The notes beneath the pieces were generated by a model. The model was given only the letters and a program-made list of their open reading frames with translations. It was not told where the DNA came from and ran no database searches. The translations under genes were made by a program, and so were the position numbers. A stretch of DNA of 63,883 nt, the filler included, from Globobulimina sp. (taxonomy: Eukaryota), in the NCBI GenBank assembly GCA_003354225.1. It is 53 parts of 53 records of this genome, joined end to end, with 100 filler letters (N's around TTAATTAATTAA, not from the genome) between each part and the next. Parts side by side here need not be neighbours in the genome. Positions count along the whole stretch, not along the records: positions 45,883 to 46,989 come from PIVH01023349.1; positions 47,090 to 48,196 come from PIVH01023350.1; positions 48,297 to 49,403 come from PIVH01023351.1; positions 49,504 to 50,610 come from PIVH01023352.1; positions 50,711 to 51,817 come from PIVH01023353.1; positions 51,918 to 53,024 come from PIVH01023354.1; positions 53,125 to 54,231 come from PIVH01023355.1; positions 54,332 to 55,438 come from PIVH01023356.1; 45 more parts are not named here. One strand, given 5' to 3'. Positions 45,783 through 59,219 of this stretch are shown piece after piece. Positions within the stretch are counted from its first letter, which is position 1, and each line of letters opens with the position of its first letter.

Positions 45783-48296
45783 NNNNNNNNNNNNNNNNNN
45801 NNNNNNNNNNNNNNNNNNNNNNNNNNTTAATTAATTAANNNNNNNNNNNNNNNNNNNNNNNNNNNNNNNNNNNNNNNNNNNNATTTGATAATGTTTTTTG
45901 TTTTTTTAAAGGTGGCTGTTTCGAGTCAGTCGATGAATCATTTATTGCTGGAAATCTTCGTTTATCATCGGAGTTTTCTGAATTTAATTGTAAAGAAATC
46001 ATTATTGAAAATTCTGAGAGATTAATGAATGACAATTGACAAACCTTGTTTTAATATGATATCAATTAATTGTTCTTTACTCATAGACAATAACTGCTTT
46101 TTTCTATCTTTGTCGGAAGGAGAAGCCATGCTGAAATTGCTGATGTTGCTAAATACGATGTGAAAAAACCTTTATCCTTGCACTTGAAATAACATTTTGT
46201 CACTGACAGTCAAAAAAAATTTAAGCTACAAATGCTATGACTATGAGATACGAATTGGTTCAAATTTTGCTGTTTCATGCTTTTTCTTCATCAACATCCA
46301 TATATCAGTCACCATTATAACAAATTCTTTGGCGGTTTTGGGATCACAACGATATATATTTAATGGTATTGGTTTCCTTTCAAACTGAGCGTTTTGTTTT
46401 ACATTGAGATAAACGAAATGATCCTGATATGATAAAGCATCATATTCATCAAATGCAATTTGTGCAATAAATTCATTATTTCTATGAATTTCAACATTAT
46501 TTATTCGAGATATATGACGGTGATTGCATTAAACACCAACATGACAGAAATATATGTTAAGTATTCGCAAACATAACATAATAAAATAATTGCAAACATA
46601 AAATATTTGACATACAAATAATTGTTGTTACACCATGAAATATCTGAATAGAAAAAACAATAATGGCAAAATGAAACAAAATTGCGGTGAAAGAAAAAAG
46701 GAAAAGTCTTAAGACTTATTCCTTTATTATTTCACATTCTTTTCATGCACATTTATCACTGACGCACAGATCGAGACAACATAACTATTTTCAATCCATT
46801 GCATAAAACATCTCATTGCATATTGTATAATTTGCAGATCACCGCAATTAACGGTTTGCAACCGAATATTTCTTAAATGGACAACAAATGAATCGTGTAA
46901 ATCCATCGCACGATTTGGATCTCGGATATATTGTGATTTTGCTCTCTTTTCATCCTTTTTTCCCACCGATTGTGTCAGCTTCACACAGCNNNNNNNNNNN
47001 NNNNNNNNNNNNNNNNNNNNNNNNNNNNNNNNNTTAATTAATTAANNNNNNNNNNNNNNNNNNNNNNNNNNNNNNNNNNNNNNNNNNNNAATTGTTTTTA
47101 TATTCATTGCTGAACGATCTGCAATATAATATTGCATATTTGTTCTTTTTAGTTGTATTGAGTGCTTCAAAACGCGATGTCTGAAAATGAGAGAAAATTA
47201 CAACTGTGACATAGACTCTCTCCCTGCCAAGTTGTTGACTCAAAACACGAACAAAATATAAAAGCCAACATAAATCTATTATTTTGCTATTATTTTATAT
47301 AAATATTAATTGTAATTACAATGTCCATCAAATTGTTGTAATTTCGTCCCATAACTACATGGATCAATGAGATAAGATATATATGTTTAGGTTACTGGCT
47401 CAGGTTTTACTTTGTGACTCTGATGGTAATATTCATGAGTGTCCTATTTGAAAAATTCCACTCCCATACCACTGCAGACACAACTATTGAGCTAATTTAT
47501 TGTGGTGAGCAATTAACTCCAAAAGTTGAAGTCCGACCTGCATGCGCAGAAAACATACTACACAGTCACCGCGTCTTACTGCAATTTAAACATATTAAAC
47601 CGTCTTAAATAAAAACAACATATTTTAGAATATTAAATACAATATTTATCAAACAAATAAACACAAACAGTTACACAAAAGTTGGCACTCTTTGTTCGCC
47701 ATCGTCATCAGAGGCAATACGAATTATTTTCTGTTGCAGAGAGTCAGGGGAATCTGGACACATTCTCACTTGATCATATTTATTTGTCGACGGCTTTGCA
47801 ACACTTCTATTTCTAAGCAATATTTGAGCTGCTTTGTTCAATAAATTATTTTCTGTTTCTTTTAAACTTTTTTGTGATGGAAATAATTGTTCTTCTTTCT
47901 CCCGTTCATTGCTATCATTTTTAGAAGCAACATCTGGCCGATTCATCAAAGGTTTCTTTTCCGAAATTGCCATATTTTTAGTTTGCCATTCCGGTTTGCA
48001 GGCCCAATACTCAATTTTAGAGATTAAGTTGTCGGTGATGGCACAATCGATCTGGTCGTTATGAACAACCAGGATACGCAATTGGTGTTTGTCCATTGGT
48101 ATCTGTATTCCTTTAAGGAAATTCCAGAATTTAAATCATCCCAAAACCTATTGTACAATCGACAGTGATGCGTGATAAAACCTGATTCACGCATCANNNN
48201 NNNNNNNNNNNNNNNNNNNNNNNNNNNNNNNNNNNNNNNNTTAATTAATTAANNNNNNNNNNNNNNNNNNNNNNNNNNNNNNNNNNNNNNNNNNNN

Positions 48297-49403
48297 AGCC
48301 ATGCAGTTGGTCTTTATGGCGCCGCTGCAAATGTTGGTGGGTGTCAATGCGAGGAAATTGCAGAAACTTGTGATGAAAAAACGAGATAAAAGAATGGAAG
48401 TTATCAATGAGGTGTTTGGTGCTATGAAAATTGTGAAAATGTACGCTTGGGAGAAATCCTTTGGGGATAAAATTGGTACGTTGCGGAAGGAGGAATTGAG
48501 TATTTTGAGATGTTACATTTGGTGGTTTTCGTTGATGAGTTTATTTTGGGGCTTTGCACCGACATTGGTGGCCTTGGCGTCTTTTATGACATATACTGCG
48601 GCGGGACACACGTTGACCGCCGCCAATACATTTACAAGTATTGCCTTGTTTAATTTGTTGCGGTTCCCGCTGGCCATGTTGCCAATGGTTATCATCGCGT
48701 TTATTGAGGCAAATGTGTGCTTGGGCCGAATTCGAAAGTTTTTAAGTGCGAGCGAGATTGATCCGAATTTGGTAGAATATGCTCCATTGAACAAGGCAAA
48801 TAAAGGAAATCAGGGAAATAAGGGATTGTTATATGAGAATGAGGAGGAGGAACCAGTTGGAAATGAGTATGGTCGGCGAAGGAATGCGATCGAATTAGAG
48901 AATGTCACTGCGACCTGGGATGATGAGATGAATCAAGTGGCGTTGGGTGACATTAATGTCATATTCAAAGAGGGGACCACTTCGATGATAATTGGCGAAA
49001 CAGGCAGTGGCAAATCAGCATTGTTACGTGCAGTGTTGGGCAATTTAACCAAATCGAATGGACGTATTATTTATGGGGAATCGGCCTCAAATCCGGGACA
49101 TCACATTAAAGTGGCATATAGTTCACAGGTTGCATGGATTCGCAATGCCACAGTGAAGGATAACATATTATTCGGCTCCGATTATAATGCAGAATTATAC
49201 AATGCTGTCATACGGTGTTGTGCATTGATTGATGACTTAAAAATATTGCCCGGCGGAGATCACACTGAAATCGGTGAAAAGGGCATCAATTTAAGGTATG
49301 TACGTCTGTTTATACTTTATATCCCAATAATTGCATTATTTAATCGTATATTATAGTTATTAATAAGTGGTGGGCAAAAACAACGCATTTCCTTAGCCCG
49401 AGC
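48297..49403 (+). CDS. ABC transporter, ABCC/MRP subfamily, TMD1-NBD1 fragment
   Basis: MKIVKMYAWE, FNLLRFPL, GETGSGKS, NATVKDNILFG, TEIGEKGINLS|GGQKQRISLAR across intron 49296-49367. Confidence 0.95.
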
Positions 49404-49503
49404 NNNNNNNNNNNNNNNNNNNNNNNNNNNNNNNNNNNNNNNNNNNNTTAATTAATTAANNNNNNNNNNNNNNNNNNNNNNNNNNNNNNNNNNNNNNNNN
49501 NNN

Positions 49504-49651
49504 GCGGACTTGATATTGGATGTGTTTGTGTGTGCAATTTGCGGACTTGATATTGGATGTGTTTGTGTGTGCAATTTGCGGACTTGATATTGGATGTGTT
49601 TGTGTGTGCAATTTGCGGACTTGATATTGGATGTGTTTGAGTGTGCAATTT
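49504..49651. repeat. 37-bp minisatellite, four head-to-tail copies
   Basis: GCGGACTTGATATTGGATGTGTTTGTGTGTGCAATTT x4, no spacers; a further degenerate copy near 49818-49870. Confidence 0.93.
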
Positions 49652-50719
49652 TCGATCCATTGAACTGTTTATTTGTTGCAAACAATTCGAAATAAAAGTA
49701 TGTTACAATATAAAATAGAAAACGTAATATATATATTTATGTAATATAAAATAGAAAATGTAATATAAATATAAATATAAAATGGATGTGTTTGGGTGTG
49801 GTTAATGCGAGAATTTGGTGGATGTGTTTGAGTGTGCAATTTGCGGACATGATATTGGATGTGTTTGTGCCGGGTAAAAGTGCACGTCATATATATATAT
49901 ATATTATAACATACATGTTTTGTGTGGATCGATGTGCTCAGACAGTAGTCTAAAACATCCACTTCAAAACTGTTTTAACCATGGCAACGTCAAACCATGT
50001 ATGCTGTGGTTCTTATAAATCATATTCGGCTCCAGCTCGAATCATTTCATATGAAGGAAGAATATGGGATCATTTATTCGGCTCCAGCTGTGGTTCATCA
50101 TCACAAAAAAACGCGGAGCAGCAAACTCCATCTAAACAATATAAATCTGCATCATCACCGCCACAGCCAAACGATGACCCTCAATATGAACCATCAGCAG
50201 CTCCACCACCACCTCTCCCAAAAGAACGCTGCGTCGTGCCTCCAAAAATGACATTAACTAAATATAGCCGCGACCATATGTATTAAATAACTTTTATAAT
50301 ATAATTTTATGTATTAAATAACTATACCAATGTTCTTTTATAATAATTTTATTTGTTTTAATTAATTTAAACCATTGAATCTTGCCGCAGATATGTGCGG
50401 ATTGCCGCAGCCTTTGACGCTTCTGATATGTGCGGATCTGCGCGATACAAAAACCAGCACAAAAATCTACTTTAAAACTTTTTTAAACATGTCACTTTCC
50501 CCACAACCGCTTGAGTCTTCTTCAACGCGTTCAAAATCTGCGCCAGCTCTCCCTCGATCAGCATCACATATTCTTCAGTCTTCTGTGCGAAAAACAGAAT
50601 CTGTGCCGCCNNNNNNNNNNNNNNNNNNNNNNNNNNNNNNNNNNNNNNNNNNNNTTAATTAATTAANNNNNNNNNNNNNNNNNNNNNNNNNNNNNNNNNN
50701 NNNNNNNNNNGAGCCTAAA

Positions 50720-51817
50720 GTGAATGGAAATGGTTATTTTGATTCAAATGACAGGTACAGACTTTTCCCTTATTTCAATTTATGTTGGAAATGTCGAGGC
50801 AAAGGACACCTTCATAAAGAATGTACTGTTCCCCGAGAACTTTGTGTCAAAAAGAGGAGACATTTCGCTATGAGAGTCGATGGTAATCGTCAAATTCGTC
50901 AAAAGCGTCAATACAGTACCCCTATCGTTGCTCCTACCGTTTCCCATGGTTCGAAACATGTGGTGATGGATTCTGGAGTGTTTTCACACATGACTTTTGA
51001 TGGTAGCAAGTTATCGGACTATAAAAGATTCAATGTGTCTCATTCTGTGTCATTTTATGATGGTTCTACTGCTCAAGCTGTTGGTACCGGCAGCCTTACC
51101 CTAAAAATGACTGTAAATGGCATTGATTCCTTTTTCCTCCTATCAGATTGTCTACATGTCCCAGTGTTGCCATGTCATGTTGTGTCGGTTGGTGCTGTTG
51201 TCTCAAGTGGTGGTAAAACAGCCGAATTCTATGGTAATTCAGCTGTTATCAAGTCAGAAAGTGGTCAGGTTATTTTGTGTGGCCACAGAATCAATGGAAT
51301 ATATGTTGCTGATGCAGTGGTAGTGCATGCAGCTCAGTCAGATTTCGTCAATCATCAAGGACATAATCTTTCTGCCCAGAGGTTTGATAGTTTTGCCTAC
51401 AAGTCAAAAACTATCACAGAAAAAGCCACCGATTCGTCAACATGTGGTCATGACTGTCAACGCGACACCAAGTTATTTTGTGGTGAGAAAATGGTCGTTG
51501 GTCATGCAAATTCAAATAATCATTCTGTTAGTGACCAAAGTATTCATTTTGATGCGATAAAGCTATGGAGCAATGGTCAATTTGGAATAGACAATCAAAG
51601 TTCATGTCCAGAAAATGACATTTTCGGATCCCCAGACAGTAGACCGGTCAGTTCTTTATTGTATGCGCATACAGAAAGTGTGGATTCGTCAGTGATTCTC
51701 AAGGGTCACTCAGGTCAAGCAACTGATGGTTATTCAGTCAATGATTATGAAAATTCGGACATTCATACAGTTTCTGGCCAGAGCATTCAACGTGACACCA
51801 CATCGTTATTGCCAGGT
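50720..51817 (+). mobile_element. Ty1/copia LTR retrotransposon gag-protease fragment
   Basis: CCHC knuckle CWKCRGKGHLHKEC; VVMDSGVFSHMT protease motif; G.GSL.L...LSDCLHVP.L...VVSVG. Confidence 0.85.
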
Positions 51818-51917
51818 NNNNNNNNNNNNNNNNNNNNNNNNNNNNNNNNNNNNNNNNNNNNTTAATTAATTAANNNNNNNNNNNNNNNNNNNNNNNNNNN
51901 NNNNNNNNNNNNNNNNN

Positions 51918-52016
51918 GGTGCCGGACCTTGCGGACTCGCTTGCGGTATTGAAGCTCAGGTGCAAAACCTAGATTATCTGATTGTGGACAAAGGCAGCAT
52001 AACTGAATCCATCAGA
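51918..52016 (+). CDS. Bacterial YpdA-like / thioredoxin-reductase-family flavoprotein N-terminal fragment
   Basis: GAGPCGLACGIEAQVQNLDYLIVDKGSITESIR (GxGxxG dinucleotide-binding start). Confidence 0.7.
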
Positions 52017-53024
52017 ACATATGACTGGATCTGTCATAATACAGTTTGAAATTGGACATAAAAATTTATTATTTATGTTTTCTTTTACTTCAATCTCATT
52101 ATGTTTTAACTCATTGTCTTCCATACAATTTAATAATTCTTCCACTTGCAAATCATTCATATTCTCGTCATCCTCCTCCTCCTCCTCTTCATTTATAACA
52201 TGATTTGTCAGTTCTTCAATATCACCCTCTTCGAATGCAAATAAGTCGGCTTCATTCTCATTTATTTCATACGCGTCGATTTCGGAGCTTCTATTAATTA
52301 ACGATTCGATATTCATCATAATAACCTTCCTATCGACATTATTTTTAATACCGCACATCTTCAAAACAGTATCATTTATCAGCGCTAAAATCGGCGTATG
52401 ATTCTCATGCAATTGCAATATTTCTTCCTCTTCTTTTGCCTCATTTAAATTTGGTGATATCAACACTGGCAATATTTTATCTATCTCACTATCCATTTTT
52501 TGCAGGTCTTTCAGACTAAAATTTAAATTTCCTTCCATTTCCAGGCTTTGATTGTCTTCATTTTCTTCATCTGACATCGATATTTGTTCATAATCATCAT
52601 CGATATGTTCCAACTCGCGCAATTTGTGCAAATCCTGATAATATTTTTCAAATTTCCCATTCAAATCCAACTTACAAATCCAAGTAATAATATCATTGAG
52701 CTCCCAATATCTCCAGTTCTGCTCCAAATCTTTTCTTTTTTTCTCATAAATAGTCTGCAATTTACATTCATATTTATTTGGTAATTTGCCTGCTTTCTCA
52801 CACAGAGACTTTATATTTGTATTTACCTTCGCCATTAACTCAAACATAACATTGTCAACTTTTAACTTCTCGTTCACGTCAAACATTTCCTGCGTCAAAT
52901 AACTTCTTTTTTTTTCTTGTTTGATTAATTTTTGATTCAAATATATTTTCGCATTGTCACATTGTGTTAACTGTCTTTTTAACATTGAGATTTGTGCCAT
53001 TAATTCGTTGATATTCTTTCTTTT
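51999..53024 (-). CDS. Coiled-coil + SAM-like + U-box protein (truncated in the U-box)
   Basis: WELNDIITWI...LKMCGIKNNVDRK (split SAM); FLCPISNCIMTDPVICSDGFSY (U-box). Confidence 0.8.
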
Positions 53025-53130
53025 NNNNNNNNNNNNNNNNNNNNNNNNNNNNNNNNNNNNNNNNNNNNTTAATTAATTAANNNNNNNNNNNNNNNNNNNN
53101 NNNNNNNNNNNNNNNNNNNNNNNNGATGAA

Positions 53131-54231
53131 ATGTTCAAGAGAATTTCAAAGGGTATTGCAGATGACAAGGTTAAATCTATTGTTGTACCGGTACTGCAGA
53201 AAGTTACAAATGTAACATCTCTGCTGGGTGCAAAGGGGTTAAAGAAAAAAGTATTTGCAGCGAAGAAACTATTTTACACAGAACAATTTGCAAATTGTAA
53301 GGATCCTGGGTCATATTGGAAGACCATCAAAAATGTCACTGGTCGTTCTACCCATTCAAACCTCCCTGATCTCATCACCACTGAAGGGACTGTGTCCACC
53401 AGCGAAGCCAAAGCAAATGCGTTAGCTGACCAATATGACACTGTTTTCAACACGACTAATGGTGATTTCCCAGTATCTAGTGATCAAGACATTGATGCAG
53501 AATGGTTATGTGATGAAGATTTTGTATATGAACAATTAACATCACTGGACATTAAAAAAGCCAATGGCATTGATGGTATTACAGCAAGGATGTTGTCAGA
53601 ATCTGCTCCTGTAATTGTTCCCTCCATCACTCTTCTTATAAATCGCTCATTTGTTGAAGGAGTTGTCCCATCCGAATGGAAAATGACCATTGTATCACCT
53701 ATACCAAAAGTGAAAAATTCCCCTCATCCTTCTGATTATCGACCAGTTTCTCTGCTGTGCATTATTTCCAAAATTGCAGAACGTTCTTTTGCCAGAAACC
53801 TTGGCCCTTTGATTGATTCAAAATTGCCTTCAATGCAGTATGGTTTCAGACGTTGCCGATCCACAGAGGATGCTGTGGCTTTACTGGAACATAAAGTAAT
53901 TAACTGTTTCAATGATTGTTCTGGTGTCACCAAAGTGTGTGGAATTTTCTTCGACCTGTCAAAAGCATTTGATAAAGTTCCCATTGGTCACTTACTCACT
54001 GCATTACAAATGACATATGTGATACCACCTGGTGCCCTGAAATGGTTAAGGTCCTATCTCACTGAAAGAAAACAAACTGTTCATGTAAATGGGTCATTTT
54101 CAAGTGAACGAGATGTCATGTCAGGGGTTCCACAAGGATCGGTTCTTGGTCCTATGTTATTCAATGCTTATTCTGCTCCTGCCCTCCAAATATTGATGTC
54201 CCCTGGCGCAACATGCATTGCTTATGCTGAC
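53131..54231 (+). mobile_element. Non-LTR retrotransposon reverse transcriptase (CR1/L2/Jockey-group-like)
   Basis: KANGIDGI, DYRPVSLL, QYGFR..RST, FFDLSKAFDKV, GVPQGSVLGPMLF, YAD at the contig end. Confidence 0.95.
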
Positions 54232-54331
54232 NNNNNNNNNNNNNNNNNNNNNNNNNNNNNNNNNNNNNNNNNNNNTTAATTAATTAANNNNNNNNNNNNN
54301 NNNNNNNNNNNNNNNNNNNNNNNNNNNNNNN

Positions 54332-54590
54332 AAACATTTCAATGTCTGCATCTTTGGCATTGAAGGACCGATTATGCCACAATTTTTACCAAATTTAACA
54401 AATAAACCTTGCATGAAATGGTCGCGTAAACCTTGTCCAACTCCAGAAAGATCTGAAATGACTTCAATTTCATGCTTTTGCAATTCTTGTCTTGGCCCAA
54501 TTCCGCTCACCATCAACAACTGTGGGGAACCAATCGCGCCTGCACACACTATAATCTCTCCATTATTCCCTTCATTGATACAGATTTTGT
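54332..54590 (-). CDS. GMC oxidoreductase internal fragment
   Basis: EIIVCAGAIGSPQLLMVSGIGP...GVGQGLRDH. Confidence 0.85.
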
Positions 54591-54794
54591 GATTCTATGT
54601 ATGACATTCATGACACTACAATTTTTTGGCTAATTAACTTTTGATTAAAGTTAATGAAATCCCGTGATTTCACTATGATTTCACATTGAGATCAAGAAAT
54701 CACAAATGATGATTGGAATTTCATGATGCTAGTGAGCGAAAGGATGCTGACTGGACTAAAGAAAGTTTTTCTTGCTATAATCTGATGAGCTTTC

Positions 54795-55011
54795 ATATGG
54801 ACTAGGTAGAATAGGAACCAGGCTCAAGCTCAATAGATTGGACTCGCAAGTCACCCAAGTGACATTGGTGATAACAAGAAGTCACTTGAGTTGTCACCAG
54901 TGAATTCAAAGTCATATCGAGTGACTTCTTGTTTTTACCAATCTCACTTGGGTGACTTGCGAGTCCAAACTATTGAGCTTGAGCTTGGTTCCTATTCTAC
55001 CTAGTCCATAT
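54795..55011. mobile_element. MITE-like element with about 95-bp imperfect terminal inverted repeats
   Basis: Arms 54795-54889 / 54917-55011 with about 6 mismatches; core GGACTAGG...CCTAGTCC flanked by ATAT on both sides. Confidence 0.8.
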
Positions 55012-55144
55012 TGTAAACTAATTACAAATCATTTCTAAACCCTAAACAAAATTCAGTCAAAACTAAATGCAAATTAACTAAATATATATACGTCATAAAT
55101 TTTTTTTTCAATTTACAATAATTTAAATAAGAACACAAATAGTG

Positions 55145-55438
55145 TCACAGTTTCTTTGGGGTGGATTTCTTCCAGTCTTGCAGAATCATCATCGCTCCTT
55201 TACTACCAATCATGTAACACATTGCTTGAATATTGCCAGCAACCAAATTGGGTGCAATTGAAGCGTCTACAACTCTCAAATTGCTGAATGTTTTCACTTT
55301 TAATCGTTCACTACAAACTGTCATCTTTTCTTGTACTGATCCCATCGAACATGTGCCAACTGGGTGGTACACAGTGAGCAGATTATTATTTACGAAATAT
55401 TCTGCCATTTCCTCGTCTGGGAAGATGGTTTCGATTCC
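55145..55438 (-). CDS. GMC oxidoreductase C-terminus
   Basis: VYHPVGTCSMG...LKV....NLRVVDASIAP.LVAGN. Confidence 0.88.
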   Translation of the reverse strand, partial: GIETIFPDEEMAEYFVNNNLLTVYHPVGTCSMGSVQEKMTVCSERLKVKTFSNLRVVDASIAPNLVAGNIQAMCYMIGSKGAMMILQDWKKSTPKKL

Positions 55439-57200
55439 NNNNNNNNNNNNNNNNNNNNNNNNNNNNNNNNNNNNNNNNNNNNTTAATTAATTAANNNNNN
55501 NNNNNNNNNNNNNNNNNNNNNNNNNNNNNNNNNNNNNNTTTAAGGCAATGAAGAGAGATTTCTTTTTGTGGCGTATCAAGCTGATTTGGCCTATTTTTGT
55601 ATTGATTGCACCAAATTAAAGGGATACTTTCCTCGCCATACATTTTGTTGGATGATTTTTTCGTTTTATTATTGATTGTTTTTGTAGGTTTTGCAGGAAT
55701 TATATATATATATGTTGCCAATGATGAGAACAGTACTGGTACCCAGAAATATTAATAATTATCAAATGTTGATTCAATTCAAATCTTACAACTCTTCTGA
55801 CCTTTTTTTTTATTGCTTTTTTTCGTATTTCTGGATTATAATTTGTTGGTTTAATGGGTTTTTTTTTGATTTTGTTACAGCACAGCGGCCAGCCTTAGAT
55901 TGTATTATTTGTATATTATGAAGCTAAGGATTGTCATTATCAAACTGGGTATGTCCTTTTAATATTTCTTTGTATGATGACAGCCCGACTCACCCATCAG
56001 AATACCCTCAATGTTCCTTGTTGAGTGTTGCTGAAATGGTCTTAACAAACTGACTTTTGATTGAATTGTTTATGTCTATGTCTATGATATGATGCGGCCT
56101 CAAACTAATTTAAAATATATGTTGTTGTTTTTCAGGCTATAGATTAATGGGATGTTAATTCTCTGAAGGCCGTGGTAACGATCTATCCTATTTTTAAAGA
56201 TGGGAATGGAAAGAAAACAACATTTTTATCATTGCAGTCCAAATACCCTTTAATAATAAATGGAATTGAAACAAAATACAGATTATTGGTAAAGAATAAA
56301 AAATTGACAGTGATATTTGAAGCAATATATTTGCGATCTTTCTTCGTTTGGAATAAATGGTATGTTTTGTCCATTGAATATAATTTTTTCTGGGATGAAG
56401 CAACGGAAATTAACGTGAGAGTAATCAATGAAAATACACTCACGGACGCCTGATCTGATCATATTTTTTTGCTTTTTTACACAAATTAAAATATACAAAC
56501 CTTCATTTGCTGAATTTGTTTTGTTTTTTTATTCTGTTTCATTACAGCACAGCATAGCCATTTTTGCAGCACAGCACATATTAATAATTGTAATCCAGGT
56601 AAGTATAAAACGTATAGTTCTATTTAACATTTTGTTTGTGATGAANNNNNNNNNNNNNNNNNNNNNNNNNNNNNNNNNNNNNNNNNNNNTTAATTAATTA
56701 ANNNNNNNNNNNNNNNNNNNNNNNNNNNNNNNNNNNNNNNNNNNNTATTTATTTTGAGTTAAATGCGTGTTGATATTACTCGTATTTTTATGCGATAAAA
56801 CTTCACTCTCTGTACATATCTCATCATTGTCATCACTTTCTGACCATTCACCAGAATGACCTTCCACAAATTATTATCTTTCACTCAGTTCTGATTTATA
56901 TCCATATCCACATCCATACTCATTCCAACTCATACTGTTTGCACTGAAATGGTTGATCTTTATTCGCTGTGTGTACATTAATAAGATGCTGTTTTAAGTA
57001 TATTTTTTGTTTGAATGATTTGCTGCATGCATTTGAATTGCTTTCCTGTTTTGACATACAGTTTCCAACTGATATAGATCAATGATATGGTGTGCCTTAC
57101 CCATTTTAGTTTTTGTATTGAAATAGTTACTAAAATAGTCACATAGACTATTTAACTTGTGTAGCCTCAAAAAACACTCGACTCTCATCTCTCTGGTACC

Positions 57201-57852
57201 ATGCTGTCATCACACAATGTCCTACTTTTAGTCGTTTCCCTCATCCACGACATCAACTCGCAAGTCGTGAATTGTGCGGGTGATAGTTATTGTTCATGTC
57301 CATCAGCCTCATCTGGAACACTTTGCATCTTAGAGTATGTACTAGGTTTCTATCCAAAGTCAAACCCAAAACACATACACAAAAAATATACACAAAAATA
57401 GCTGTGGTGCAGAAGATCGATGCAAAGAAAAGACACTGACCTGCCGAGCCGGCGACCCTTGCGAAGTACGATGCGATGCCAAAGCAACATGTTCCTCCAA
57501 CACCTACATCAACGCACGTTTATCCACCGACGTAACCGTGATATGTGGCGCCGAAGATGCCTGCAAAGAGGGCATAACCATAACTTGTGGCACCGGTGAT
57601 TGTGACTTACAATGTTATGGTTCCACCTCCTGCGAAGACTTTGGCAGCATTGATACAACACCGTCCACCGGATTTGTATGCAGTGGTAACTGCCCACCGT
57701 CCGGTTATGTGCCTTCACCATTCAGTCAATCCCCCACCAAAATGCCTTCCGTGCCACCTACACCTTCACCAATCAGCGAATCACCCACACCATCACCTAC
57801 ATCGTCACCCACATCACGTCCCACCTCGCCCAGTCCCACACAAGTGACTCAT
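57201..57852 (+). CDS. Secreted Cys-rich repeat protein with Pro/Thr/Ser stalk (spliced, partial)
   Basis: Signal peptide; CGAEDxCKE repeats; PTPSPTSSPT; GT-AG intron near 57335-57401. Confidence 0.65.
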
Positions 57853-57952
57853 NNNNNNNNNNNNNNNNNNNNNNNNNNNNNNNNNNNNNNNNNNNNTTAA
57901 TTAATTAANNNNNNNNNNNNNNNNNNNNNNNNNNNNNNNNNNNNNNNNNNNN

Positions 57953-58613
57953 AGAAGCGGAAACCATATTGATATTCATTCAAAGTTTCATCTTTTTGTT
58001 CACAGAAATTAACAAACTTATTCTTAACATCATAGATTCTCTCCAATCCATCGACATTACGACATTTATTCATTTTTGATTGACTCAATTTATATATTCC
58101 TGATACCACTCGATCAGTAAGCAATGGATCTTTTCCATCCATTTCATTATAATTATCATTTATTTTTTGGTTCAAGATATTTTGATGTTCATTCCGTGTG
58201 ATTTTGTATCCGATATCAAATGAATGTGAGTAAAAACAATGAATTCGATCCAATAATTGCTGAAATACAATCACTTCATCATCAGTACAAAAATATAATT
58301 CTTCCAACATATTTTTACTTCGATCTCTTTGATTCCTTTTTATCAACAAACAATTCTGTAACTCGCACGGTGTTAAGATATCATAAATATCTTCAAATTG
58401 ATCGAGATGGTTTTGCTTAGAATGAATGAAATCGTTCAATAAATCTGTGTATTTTCCAAATGTATTCATCTTCATATCTTCCTTGTTGTTATTTTGTTTG
58501 CTTGCAATATATGCTTTGTATCGATTCAATGCAACACGTATTCTATCAATAGCATCACATTCACAAATTCTATAATTACATTGATTTTCTATATAAATAT
58601 TACTCGCTGACAA
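57953..58613 (-). CDS. Hypothetical eukaryotic protein (partial)
   Basis: Long ORF with LLNDFIH...C....C..IKRNQR...LDRIHCFYSHSFD pattern. Confidence 0.5.
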
Positions 58614-59219
58614 TAAATAAGAAGAAGCACGATCTACTGTATATATTTTGAGCTACGACAATATATTTACTGAGCAGACAAAAATCAACTTAACCATTGT
58701 TCGTATCAACATGTAAATGGCTCAAATTTAAGCTCACTGGATTCTGTTTCTCATCATCAACAGATATCGACCGCGTTTTTAACAATTTACCAGCTTTGCA
58801 TTTATTCAATAATATATTTTGTAGCTCGTTGAGTGGGATTAATTCTTCAACGAACGGATATAAATCCTTTAGAGTTGCTGCATTTTTAATGTCCTCAATT
58901 TGTTGCTCCATATATTCACTTCTATTCAACATAAATTCTGCTTCGTTTTGTTCAATTTCATCCAATACATCATCGATCAGATCGACATCAATGTGAGTGT
59001 TATTTGTTGTTTCCAATTCATCGATACAATCATTCAAAATACGGTCCAAGTCACCCATGNNNNNNNNNNNNNNNNNNNNNNNNNNNNNNNNNNNNNNNNN
59101 NNNTTAATTAATTAANNNNNNNNNNNNNNNNNNNNNNNNNNNNNNNNNNNNNNNNNNNNTATTGTATTTCTCCTTTATATCATCAATACATTTTGTTGCA
59201 AACTGAAATAGAACTATTA

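Noticed and set aside
49504-49651. 37-bp repeats of CRISPR-like length
   Set aside because: Copies are head-to-tail with no unique spacers and no cas genes; this is a minisatellite
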